Shown piece after piece: positions 1-8,503 of a stretch of DNA of 64,000 bases. The translations under genes and the position numbers were made by a program. Below the pieces are notes generated by a model. The model was not told the origin of the DNA and did not search any database. It saw only the letters and a program-made list of their open reading frames with translations. The DNA is taken from positions 67,090-131,089 of the forward strand of contig JAGYJZ010000008.1 in assembly GCA_018401875.1 (NCBI GenBank), in the 5' to 3' direction. Position 1 is the stretch's first letter. The number at the start of each line of letters is the position of its first letter. Origin of the DNA: Salibacteraceae bacterium. Lineage in GTDB: Bacteria > Bacteroidota > Bacteroidia > Flavobacteriales_G > Salibacteraceae.

Positions 1-2318
1 TCGAGGTCGAGCAAATACTTTTCTGAAACGTCTTGCGGATAACTCAAATCGCCACCGCACATCACCCAACCCAATTTTTCACTGATGAGTCTGTCATGTT
101 CGCTCATATAATTTCCTGAAGCCATGGTTTCAGCTCCTACATAAACGAGTCCTAGCCCTTCATTGCCTAACACCTGAACATCTTCGCGCTGCTTGGGCTG
201 AGTGTATCCTTTTTCTGCCAACGTCAACGCAGCTTTCTTCGCCACGGTCAACTGCAAATCACGGTTAAACACTACTTCATCTATGCCTTCGCGCAAATAA
301 CCCAACTCAAAAGCTTCGTAGGCTGAAGTTGCCACTTTTGCTTGTGCAATGGTCATCAATCGGTGCCTGAATTGATTGCTTCGGATATCTCCATCGCGTA
401 ATTCATCTGCTAGGCGAAGCGTAAACTCTTTCGTTCCGCCACCACCAGGAATGACGCCTACTCCAAACTCAACCAGTCCCATGTATAACTCAGCATGGGC
501 AACAACTTTGTCGGCATGCAAACACAATTCGCAACCACCACCTAAAGTGAGGTTGTGCGGTGCGGCAACCACAGGAATGCTCGAATAGCGCATGCGCATC
601 ATGGTTTGTTGAAACTGGCGAACGGCAAAATCCAATTCGTCCATTTCTTGTTCGGCAGCCATCATAAAAATCAATCCTACATTGGCTCCAGCGCTGAAAT
701 TTCCACCTTCATTATATACCACCAATCCTTCGTAATCTGCTTCTGCCATGTCGATGGCTTTGTTTAATCCGGCCAGCACTTCACCACCGATCGTATTCAT
801 TTTGGTGTGGAACTCTACGTTGAGAATTCCATCGCCCAGATCGGTGATCGTGGTGCCTGCATTCTGCCATAGCACACCTTTACTTTTGGACACTTGAAGG
901 TTTACCAATCCATCCTGACCAGAAATATCAGCGTAGGCATTCTGTGCTTGGTTCCAAAACTGACGTTTGCCATCATGAATGCGATAGAACGATTTTGCTC
1001 CTTTTTCGAGCATCGTATCGATCCATGCTGCGTAGGCGATTCCATCTTTTTTCAGAGCATTTATTCCCTCTTCAAATCCGATGGCGTCCCATGTTTCAAA
1101 AGGCCCCATTTCGTAACCAAATCCCGCCTTAAGTGCATCGTCTAATCGGTACACTTCATCGCTTATTTCAGGTACGCGGTGAGAAACATACGCCATCAGG
1201 CTCAGGAAGTGAGCTCGATAAAATGATCCGGCTTTGTCGCTCGCATTAAAGAGCATTTTAACTCTTTTACCGAGGTTTTCTTCTGCTTTGGCCATTTCAA
1301 GCGAAGGAATTTTCACCTTTTCGCGTGGGCCATATTCGAGTGTCTCTAAGTTGAGGGAAAGGATTTCTGATTTACCATCATCGCCTTTCACTTTTTTGAA
1401 AAAGCCTTCTTTGGTCTTGCTTCCAAGCATATTGTTCTTCAGCATGTGCTCAATGTAGCTCGGAATTTGAAACAATTCTTTGCGTTCATCATTCGGCACG
1501 TTGTCTTTCAACCCATTAGATACATGTACTAAGGTATCGAGACCGACCACATCGGCCGTTCTGAATGTGGCAGACTTTGGTCGACCGATCAACGGACCAG
1601 TTAACTTATCTACTTCGTCTATGCTGAGGCCGTTTTCTTTGACGTAGTGAAACATCCACATGATGCTGAACACACCAACGCGATTGGCAATGAATGCGGG
1701 TGTGTCTTTGCACAGTACGGTAGTTTTTCCCAGAAATCGCTTTCCGTAATCCATTAGAAAATCGATGACTTCTGAGTCGGTATCGGGTCCTGGAATAATC
1801 TCCAGCAATTTCAAATACCTTGGCGGGTTGAAGAAATGCGTTCCGCAGAAATGTTTCTTAAAATCATCGCTTCGGCCGTCATTCATTAAATGGATCGGAA
1901 TACCCGAAGTATTGGATGTGATCAAGGTTCCTGGTTTTCTGAATTTTTCAACCTTCTCAAACAAGCCTTGCTTAATGTCGAGCCGTTCGATGATTACTTC
2001 CATTACCCAATCGCATTCGGAGATGCGGTTTAAGTCGTCATCAAAATTGCCCGTCTCGATGAGCTTGGATGATGACTTGCGGTAAATGGGTGATGGATTG
2101 CTCTTGAGCGCAGTTTGCAAGCTGTCGTTTACAATTCTGTTTCGTACAGCCTTGTGCTCTAAGGTTAAATCCTTGGCTTTTTCTTTTTCGTTCGGTTCTT
2201 TGGGGACGATGTCGAGGAGTAAAACCTGAACACCGATGTTAGCAAAGTGGCACGCGATGCGCGAACCCATTATGCCTGAACCTAAGATGGCTACTTTTTT
2301 AATACGTCTTTTACTCAT
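1..2318 (-). CDS. 3-hydroxyacyl-CoA dehydrogenase / enoyl-CoA hydratase (FadN-like), 3' end beyond window edge
   Basis: Not in ORF track (no stop in window). ATG at 2318 reads MSKRRIKKVAILGSGIMGSRIACHFAN (Rossmann GxGxxG); the same frame at the window start reads VSEKYLLDL; ATGA overlap with the marR stop. Confidence 0.92.
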   Translation of the reverse strand, partial: MSKRRIKKVAILGSGIMGSRIACHFANIGVQVLLLDIVPKEPNEKEKAKDLTLEHKAVRNRIVNDSLQTALKSNPSPIYRKSSSKLIETGNFDDDLNRISECDWVMEVIIERLDIKQGLFEKVEKFRKPGTLITSNTSGIPIHLMNDGRSDDFKKHFCGTHFFNPPRYLKLLEIIPGPDTDSEVIDFLMDYGKRFLGKTTVLCKDTPAFIANRVGVFSIMWMFHYVKENGLSIDEVDKLTGPLIGRPKSATFRTADVVGLDTLVHVSNGLKDNVPNDERKELFQIPSYIEHMLKNNMLGSKTKEGFFKKVKGDDGKSEILSLNLETLEYGPREKVKIPSLEMAKAEENLGKRVKMLFNASDKAGSFYRAHFLSLMAYVSHRVPEISDEVYRLDDALKAGFGYEMGPFETWDAIGFEEGINALKKDGIAYAAWIDTMLEKGAKSFYRIHDGKRQFWNQAQNAYADISGQDGLVNLQVSKSKGVLWQNAGTTITDLGDGILNVEFHTKMNTIGGEVLAGLNKAIDMAEADYEGLVVYNEGGNFSAGANVGLIFMMAAEQEMDELDFAVRQFQQTMMRMRYSSIPVVAAPHNLTLGGGCELCLHADKVVAHAELYMGLVEFGVGVIPGGGGTKEFTLRLADELRDGDIRSNQFRHRLMTIAQAKVATSAYEAFELGYLREGIDEVVFNRDLQLTVAKKAALTLAEKGYTQPKQREDVQVLGNEGLGLVYVGAETMASGNYMSEHDRLISEKLGWVMCGGDLSYPQDVSEKYLLDL

Positions 2319-2743
2319 GATTCTTTGACTGTATTTTGTTCTATGATTTGAATAACTTCAATGAAGTTTTTAAACTTTTCTTCACTCACTTGATCCAATA
2401 CTTTTTCGTTGAATCGAACCACAGAAAGTTTTGAAATTTCCCTCATCCGCTTTCCTTCGTCCTTTAAAAAAATGCGCATGATGCGTTTGTCATTTTCGTC
2501 TTGCCGCCTTTCGATCAACCCGCGCTCTTGCATGGCTTTAAGGGTACGACTCAAACTCGTGGGCTCCATTCCCATTTTCGGACCGAGCTGTGTGGATGGT
2601 GTGCCTTTTCGCGGATCAATGTTTAGTAAAATGAAGCCAATGGATTGGGTCATGCCGTGCTTTGAGGCTTCTTGGTTATACATTTTGCTGATTTTTAACC
2701 AAGCCCAACGCACGTGAAAATCTATCGTTTCTTCTGATTTCAT
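2315..2743 (-). CDS. MarR family transcriptional regulator
   Basis: 142 aa with winged-HTH signature TSLSRTLKAMQERGLIERRQDENDKR; heads the beta-oxidation operon. Confidence 0.92.
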   Translation of the reverse strand: MKSEETIDFHVRWAWLKISKMYNQEASKHGMTQSIGFILLNIDPRKGTPSTQLGPKMGMEPTSLSRTLKAMQERGLIERRQDENDKRIMRIFLKDEGKRMREISKLSVVRFNEKVLDQVSEEKFKNFIEVIQIIEQNTVKES

Positions 2744-2774
2744 AATTCGCTCTGAACGAATATAAGATTTTTAT

Positions 2775-2786
2775 TATGCACGCATA
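2775..2786. promoter_or_regulatory. Palindrome TATGC-AC-GCATA, putative MarR operator
   Basis: Inverted repeat about 30 nt upstream of the marR start. Confidence 0.45.
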
Positions 2787-2921
2787 GCACTTAACAATTT
2801 TTTAGTATTGTGGGAATAGTAATAACGGAGTCTATTTCTTGGAATAACTAAAATTTCTAACCGTTCCTCTAAACATAACGTCCGCTTATCCATTTCATAA
2901 CCAAACCAAATTTGCCACGAC

Positions 2922-2929
2922 TACTTTTG
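2922..2929 (+). promoter_or_regulatory. Bacteroidota sigma-70 -7 element (TACTTTTG)
   Basis: Matches TAnnTTTG, 19 nt before the TonB receptor ATG. Confidence 0.6.
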
Positions 2930-2948
2930 GCGCCTCAAAAAATAACGG

Positions 2949-5324
2949 ATGATGAAACACCTTTTCGGTATTCTTCTAGTGCTGATGGCCTTCACCACCA
3001 TGAGTCAAAATAAAGCAACCATCTCGGGCTATGTGAAAGATGGTGATTCAGGCGAAGGAATGATTTCTGCCACGGTGTTGGTGAAAGAATTAACGCAAGG
3101 AGTTTCAACCAACGAATATGGATTTTATTCGCTTACCCTTGAACCAGGAACATATACCATAGAATGGAGTTTTGTGGGCTTCAACACGGTGTCTGAAACC
3201 ATAGATTTAAAGTCGTCTATCACTCGAAGTGTAGAACTTTCGTTCAGTGATCAAATGCTCAATGAAGTCGTGATAACGGGCGAACGAGAAGATGAAGCCT
3301 TAACAAGTGTGGAGATGAGTGTGGAGAAACTTGATATGGCGCAAGTGAAGAAAATTCCACAGTTGTTGGGCGAAGCTGACATTATTCGATCCATTCAATT
3401 GCTGCCGGGAGTGACAACCGTGGGCGAAGGAGCAACAGGTTTTAATGTGCGCGGTGGCAATATCGATCAAAATTTAATCTTGTTGGATGAAAGCCCCGTG
3501 TTTAGTTCATCGCACTTGTTCGGCTTTTTCTCGGTTTTTAATGCCGATGCCATCAAAGATGCCAAGCTTTATAAAGGTGGTATCCCAGCTAAATTTGGCG
3601 GACGACTTTCTTCTGTGCTCGACATCCGCCAAAAAGACGGCAATATGAAGCAATTGGAAGTGACAGGAGGAGTCGGTTTGCTGTTTAGCAGACTTACCAT
3701 TGAGGCACCGATCATCAAGGACAAGGTTTCGTTTATAGTTTCAGGAAGGCGAAGCTATTTCGACCTCTTTTTTCCATTGGCACCGAACGAAACCATCAAA
3801 GACAGTAAGTTGTTTTTCTACGATTTAAACGGAAAGATAAACTGGAACATCAACGAGAAAAATCGCCTCTATCTTTCGGCTTACAATGGAAACGATGTGT
3901 TTGATCTCAATGGATTGTTCAACACGCGATGGGGAAACCAAACGGCATCGCTGCGATGGAATCACTTATTTTCTGACAAGTTGTTTTCAAACTTCACTGC
4001 GGTATTTAGTGACTATAAGTACAACCTAGGCGCTGATAACAATGGATTTGCATTCGACTGGCAAGCTTCCATTAGAAATTACAGCGGCAAGGCAGACTTT
4101 ACGTATTTTCTAAATCCAAAAAACAAGATTGAGTTTGGCTGGCACAATACCTACTACCAATTTGCGCCAGGTGCGGCAGAAGCGAATTTTGAGGTAAACG
4201 ATCAAGTAGACACCTTCAGATTTGCTGTTGACGAAATCCCTGCCTTTGAAACCGCACTTTATTTGAGCAATGAACAAAAAATTGGGACTCGGCTAACGCT
4301 AGCATACGGATTGCGCTGGAGTGGTTTTGCGCAGATCGGACCGGGTACGGTTTACGAATATCCAAACGATCAACCTGTTGATCCTGATAATCCAACGAAG
4401 GCGGTATCTCCAAGTGATTCAACGGTATACGGCTCGGGCGACATTGTGCGATCTTTTCAAGGTCCTGAGCCCCGCTTTTCGGCCAACTTCCAAATCGATG
4501 AGGTTTCGTCAGTAAAAGCGAGTTATAACCGAATGCGCCAATACATTCACTTGATTTCAAACACCACTGCGGCTACTCCTGTAGACATTTACATGCCATC
4601 AGGAAGGTACATTCAACCAGCACTTGCTGACCAAGTAGGGCTCGGTTATTTCAGAAACTTCTTCAACAACAGCTACGAAAGTTCGGTGGAAGTATACTAT
4701 AAGAAATTTCAAAACTTGGTAGATTACAAAGATGAAGCCGAGCTATTGTTGAATAATACGCTCGAAACAGAACTCTTCACAGGAAATGGACAAGCTTATG
4801 GACTTGAAGTGCAACTGAAAAAGAAGCGAGGTGATTTAACCGGTTGGGTTAGCTATACACTGTCTCGTGTTGAACGCGAAGTGGCCCAAATCAACGGTGG
4901 CGATCCTTATCCAGCCAACTGGGACAAAACGCATGATATAAGTCTAGTATTAAGCTACGATATTACAAAGCGGTTCAATGTATCAACCAACTTTGCATAC
5001 ATGACTGGACGGCCGATCACTTACCCTGACGGAAGATTTCAATGGGGAGGCATAACAGCACCTTTATATACGAATAGAAATGGAGCGCGCACTCCGGCAT
5101 ACCACAGACTGGACATTTCAGGCTACTGGAATCTGCGAGATCCTGAAACACATAAACTTGGATTGGATCTAGCGTTTGGAGCTTACAATTTATACGCACG
5201 TAAAAACCCCTATTCCATCTACTTCCAATCCAGTGACGCAAACCCCGATGTTACGCAAGCTTATCAATTGTCGATTTACGCTACGGTTATTCCTTACGTC
5301 ACCTTGAACTTTAAATTTAAATAA
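2949..5324 (+). CDS. TonB-dependent receptor with N-terminal carboxypeptidase-regulatory-like domain
   Basis: Signal peptide, ISGYVKD...TNEYGFYSL domain, plug motif GFNVRGGNIDQNLILLD, GGRLSSVLDI, C-terminal aromatic strand. Confidence 0.92.
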   Translation: MMKHLFGILLVLMAFTTMSQNKATISGYVKDGDSGEGMISATVLVKELTQGVSTNEYGFYSLTLEPGTYTIEWSFVGFNTVSETIDLKSSITRSVELSFSDQMLNEVVITGEREDEALTSVEMSVEKLDMAQVKKIPQLLGEADIIRSIQLLPGVTTVGEGATGFNVRGGNIDQNLILLDESPVFSSSHLFGFFSVFNADAIKDAKLYKGGIPAKFGGRLSSVLDIRQKDGNMKQLEVTGGVGLLFSRLTIEAPIIKDKVSFIVSGRRSYFDLFFPLAPNETIKDSKLFFYDLNGKINWNINEKNRLYLSAYNGNDVFDLNGLFNTRWGNQTASLRWNHLFSDKLFSNFTAVFSDYKYNLGADNNGFAFDWQASIRNYSGKADFTYFLNPKNKIEFGWHNTYYQFAPGAAEANFEVNDQVDTFRFAVDEIPAFETALYLSNEQKIGTRLTLAYGLRWSGFAQIGPGTVYEYPNDQPVDPDNPTKAVSPSDSTVYGSGDIVRSFQGPEPRFSANFQIDEVSSVKASYNRMRQYIHLISNTTAATPVDIYMPSGRYIQPALADQVGLGYFRNFFNNSYESSVEVYYKKFQNLVDYKDEAELLLNNTLETELFTGNGQAYGLEVQLKKKRGDLTGWVSYTLSRVEREVAQINGGDPYPANWDKTHDISLVLSYDITKRFNVSTNFAYMTGRPITYPDGRFQWGGITAPLYTNRNGARTPAYHRLDISGYWNLRDPETHKLGLDLAFGAYNLYARKNPYSIYFQSSDANPDVTQAYQLSIYATVIPYVTLNFKFK

Positions 5325-6323
5325 ATGCTACACACCTTAAAATATACATTTCTGTTGGCATTCATCGCGGTGATAGTGAGTTCATGCCAAGAAGTGATTG
5401 AATTGGACTTGCCACCAAACGAACCTGAGCTGGTTATTGAAGGCTACCTCACCGACCTCGACTTTTTCATTCCGGATCAGGATTTAAACTGTTCAGGAAT
5501 TATTACTATTCCAAAATCAGAGATAGAGTTTGCTGCAAGCTTAGCTGCGGCTGCGCAGTTCCCTATTGACTCCATTGAAAGCGTAGCCGATTACTTTCCA
5601 TTCAATAAAGTCAAGTTGAGCACTACCTCAGATTATTTCAGCAACGCTCCTGCACCCGCTGTAAGTGGAGCTGTGGTGAAGTTGATCAAAAACAATGAGC
5701 TGGTCGAAACTTTGATCGAAGACCAGTCAATTCCGGGCACGTACCGCTTTACACACGATCCTGAAGTTGGGGCGTCTTATCACCTGGAGATTGATGCACT
5801 CGGTAATTTTTATGAAACTGAGCCGCAAGTATACAACGCTGTGCCACCTTTGTTAGGCGTGAATGCAATTTATAACTCAAATTTTCTTCAAGACTCTTGT
5901 GCTTACTATTTAGGCATTGATACGTACGAAAAACCAGGGGTGGGCGATCATTACCGTTGGATGTTTTACATCAACAACAAATATGTAAGCAACCCTTTTT
6001 TCATCAGCATTTTTGACGATGCTCAAATTGACGGGCTGTGCCTATTTGATTTTGATGTTTATGGAAATGAACTCGACTTGGGCGATACAATTGTAGTTTT
6101 TCAAATGCGAACCAACGAAGGCTACAGTAGTTTCATCAATTCACTGAGAAATCAAACAGCATTTGTTGGAAGTCCTTTCGACACTCCTCCCGCGCCAATT
6201 CGTGGAAATTTAAACAATGTAACCACAGGAGAAAAAGCCTTTGGGTATTTTGTAGCTGGCGGCATTTCAGCCAATGTTGGCTTTGTGCCGAATGAAATTC
6301 CTGAGGAAGGCTGCGGAATTTAA
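5325..6323 (+). CDS. DUF4249-like lipoprotein partner of the TonB receptor
   Basis: Lipobox VSSC followed by QEVIELDL, LVIEGYLTD, C-terminal PAPIRGNL...AFGYF; abuts the receptor stop. Confidence 0.8.
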   Translation: MLHTLKYTFLLAFIAVIVSSCQEVIELDLPPNEPELVIEGYLTDLDFFIPDQDLNCSGIITIPKSEIEFAASLAAAAQFPIDSIESVADYFPFNKVKLSTTSDYFSNAPAPAVSGAVVKLIKNNELVETLIEDQSIPGTYRFTHDPEVGASYHLEIDALGNFYETEPQVYNAVPPLLGVNAIYNSNFLQDSCAYYLGIDTYEKPGVGDHYRWMFYINNKYVSNPFFISIFDDAQIDGLCLFDFDVYGNELDLGDTIVVFQMRTNEGYSSFINSLRNQTAFVGSPFDTPPAPIRGNLNNVTTGEKAFGYFVAGGISANVGFVPNEIPEEGCGI

Positions 6324-6395
6324 ATCCAACTCCTTTTTCTGAAAAAAACAGGAAAACTTTTTGACGTTTTTTGACGCGTTAATGAGTGTCGGAAT

Positions 6396-6403
6396 TATCT
6401 TTG
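6396..6403 (+). promoter_or_regulatory. -7 promoter element TATCTTTG
   Basis: TAnnTTTG match, TTTG at 6370-6373 upstream; overlaps the palindrome below. Confidence 0.6.
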
Positions 6404-6423
6404 TTTAGAATTATTCTAGATAA
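6401..6423. promoter_or_regulatory. Fur-box-like palindrome TTGTTTAGAATTATTCTAGATAA
   Basis: 23-nt near-perfect inverted repeat; core matches 17/19 to the flavobacterial Fur box ATTTAGAATTATTCTAAAT (consensus recalled, not searched). Confidence 0.7.
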
Positions 6424-6425
6424 GC

Positions 6426-6578
6426 ATGCGTATCCAGCCTAAACACTCGACCTCACTTCCACCTTGCATAGCCATGCAATTCTTTAACGAAGGAATTATT
6501 TCTCTTGAATGTAAGAAAAATTGCTGTGAGAAATTCAAGAAAAAAGGCAAAAAAGCCTGTAAAAGCTGTCCGAGATAG
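6426..6578 (+). CDS. Small Cys/Lys-rich protein with C-C-x10-C-x2-C motif
   Basis: Manual translation MRIQPKHSTSLPPCIAMQFFNEGIISLECKKNCCEKFKKKGKKACKSCPR*; own promoter and operator; alternative start at Met17. Confidence 0.65.
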   Translation: MRIQPKHSTSLPPCIAMQFFNEGIISLECKKNCCEKFKKKGKKACKSCPR

Positions 6579-6629
6579 AAAGCGAAGCCATCCGCCAATC
6601 CGCAATTATTCTTTCACCGTAATTCTTGC

Positions 6630-7553
6630 TTATTCCCGATAGTTTTTAAACTGAAAAACTGCTCGTCCTCCAAACACGTGGTTTTCGATCCAAGAGATCA
6701 ACTTATACTTGGTGCGCTCGTGCTTAAAGAGAAATTTTCGCTGCAATGACGCGCCCGAAAAATTCAATCGATCATTCCAATCTAGTCGATCAATTCGCGC
6801 CTTCATCGCGTTCGGATGCGTTCCCTGAAATCGTGCGATTTTCCGCATATCACCGTAATCAAAGTCATTTTGGTATTGGGCTGTTGCGTGTGAATGATTC
6901 TTGTCTAAGGCGTTCATTTTTGCTGTCATGATGTGGGGTGGCCGAACCCACCCGTAGTGGAAAATATACGCATCAATAGCCTTCACTTTCAGCTTTCTCG
7001 AACCGTGTTTGGCACGGTAATTCTTCCCGTCAAAATGAGGAATGAAACGAAAAGACTGTGCGCTTTGCCACGAATGGATTTCTGGAAGATTTCGAACCAC
7101 TCGAACCTCCTTTTTATACCATGCGTGTGAGTCAATCACATGATCGTAATCGCCCCAAAAATGATGGTAGTGAAACACGAATCCTTCAATGCTGCGATCA
7201 TCAGCATAATCTTCACATGCTTTCCGAATTTTGGGAAGGTCATTTTCGTGCACTACTTCATCGGCTTGGAGGTAAATGAGCCAATCTCCCGAGCAATGAC
7301 TCTTCGCCAAATCACTTTGCTGTGCGTGCACCATTCCACGCGGAAAAGCGTCTAAATCCCATTCGGATTCAATGATTTTTACTTTTTCAGATTGGATGGC
7401 TTTCACGGTTTCCAGCGTGCGATCGTCATCATCGCCCTTCCCTATTGCCACCACAAACTCATCTACCAGCGGCAAGGCAGAACGAATCGATTCCTCGATC
7501 GGATAATAGAGTTTATCCGCATTTCGGCACATGGTGAAGGCTGAAATTTTCAT
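6630..7553 (-). CDS. Glycosyltransferase family 2 protein
   Basis: MKISAFT..RNA, DEFVVA, GDWLIYLQADE (DxD-like), IFHYGWVR. Confidence 0.85.
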   Translation of the reverse strand: MKISAFTMCRNADKLYYPIEESIRSALPLVDEFVVAIGKGDDDDRTLETVKAIQSEKVKIIESEWDLDAFPRGMVHAQQSDLAKSHCSGDWLIYLQADEVVHENDLPKIRKACEDYADDRSIEGFVFHYHHFWGDYDHVIDSHAWYKKEVRVVRNLPEIHSWQSAQSFRFIPHFDGKNYRAKHGSRKLKVKAIDAYIFHYGWVRPPHIMTAKMNALDKNHSHATAQYQNDFDYGDMRKIARFQGTHPNAMKARIDRLDWNDRLNFSGASLQRKFLFKHERTKYKLISWIENHVFGGRAVFQFKNYRE

Positions 7554-7642
7554 TTGCTTTCAAATATGGGTGGATTATTAAAACAGAAGTAGTGAAAGCA
7601 TGAAGATTTCGATTTACATTGTATCAATAAAAGCATTTAACA

Positions 7643-8503
7643 ATGTGCAGACTCGTTGCATACTTAGGGCGCCCGATTTTGATGGAGAAACTCCTCATCG
7701 AGCCAAAAAACTCCCTCATCAATCAAAGTTTTAACGCCAAAGAAATTGAAGAACCGCTGAATGGCGATGGCTTTGGCGTGGGTTGGTATAATCACATTCT
7801 GAGCGCGGTGCCGGCCACGTTTAAATCCATCACACCCGCTTGGAACAATCAAAATTTGAAGTCGATTGCACCTTTAGTAAAATCTACGTGCTTTATGGCT
7901 CACGTGCGGGCGGCTACGGTAGGAGTGCTCGGAGAGGTGAATTGTCATCCGTTTCAATACGACACATTGCTCATGATGCACAACGGTGATGTTCCAGAAT
8001 TTCAAACACTTAAACGCGCTATTAGGAGGTCGCTTTCTGACGAAATGTACAATTGGATTCAAGGTCAAACCGATTCAGAGCATCTTTTCGCACTGTTCGT
8101 TGAAAAACTCAAAGCGCAAAATCAAACACGGACGGCAGAAACGATGGCTGATGCTTTGGAAGATATGGTACGCACCATTGAAAACATGAAAAAAGAACAC
8201 AGCATCACCGATCAGGCCTATTTAAACATGGTGGTGACTGACGGTGAACGCACTGTTGCGATGCGCTATATCAGCAAACCAGAAGAAGAAGAACCGCTTT
8301 CGCTGTATTTTTCTGAAGGATCGCGCTACGAATGCATTGATGGTGCATGCCATATGATTCCTTCCGAAGATGAAAACAAATCGGTGATGGTAGTTTCGGA
8401 AAAACTGACAGAATTTGCATCGGATTGGAAACACGTTCCGACTAATCACATGGTCTTGATTTACAAAGACCTGAGCACCAAACTAAGGAAGATTTCGCTC
8501 TAA
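7643..8503 (+). CDS. Class II glutamine amidotransferase (EgtC/DUG3-like Ntn hydrolase)
   Basis: N-terminal MCR, NGDGFGVGWY, AHVRAAT, NCHPF, MHNG, GQTDSE. Confidence 0.88.
   Translation: MCRLVAYLGRPILMEKLLIEPKNSLINQSFNAKEIEEPLNGDGFGVGWYNHILSAVPATFKSITPAWNNQNLKSIAPLVKSTCFMAHVRAATVGVLGEVNCHPFQYDTLLMMHNGDVPEFQTLKRAIRRSLSDEMYNWIQGQTDSEHLFALFVEKLKAQNQTRTAETMADALEDMVRTIENMKKEHSITDQAYLNMVVTDGERTVAMRYISKPEEEEPLSLYFSEGSRYECIDGACHMIPSEDENKSVMVVSEKLTEFASDWKHVPTNHMVLIYKDLSTKLRKISL

Noticed and set aside
6416..6598. 60-aa minus-strand ORF from the track
   Set aside because: No motif; the + strand 50-aa ORF has a promoter, an operator and a Cys motif
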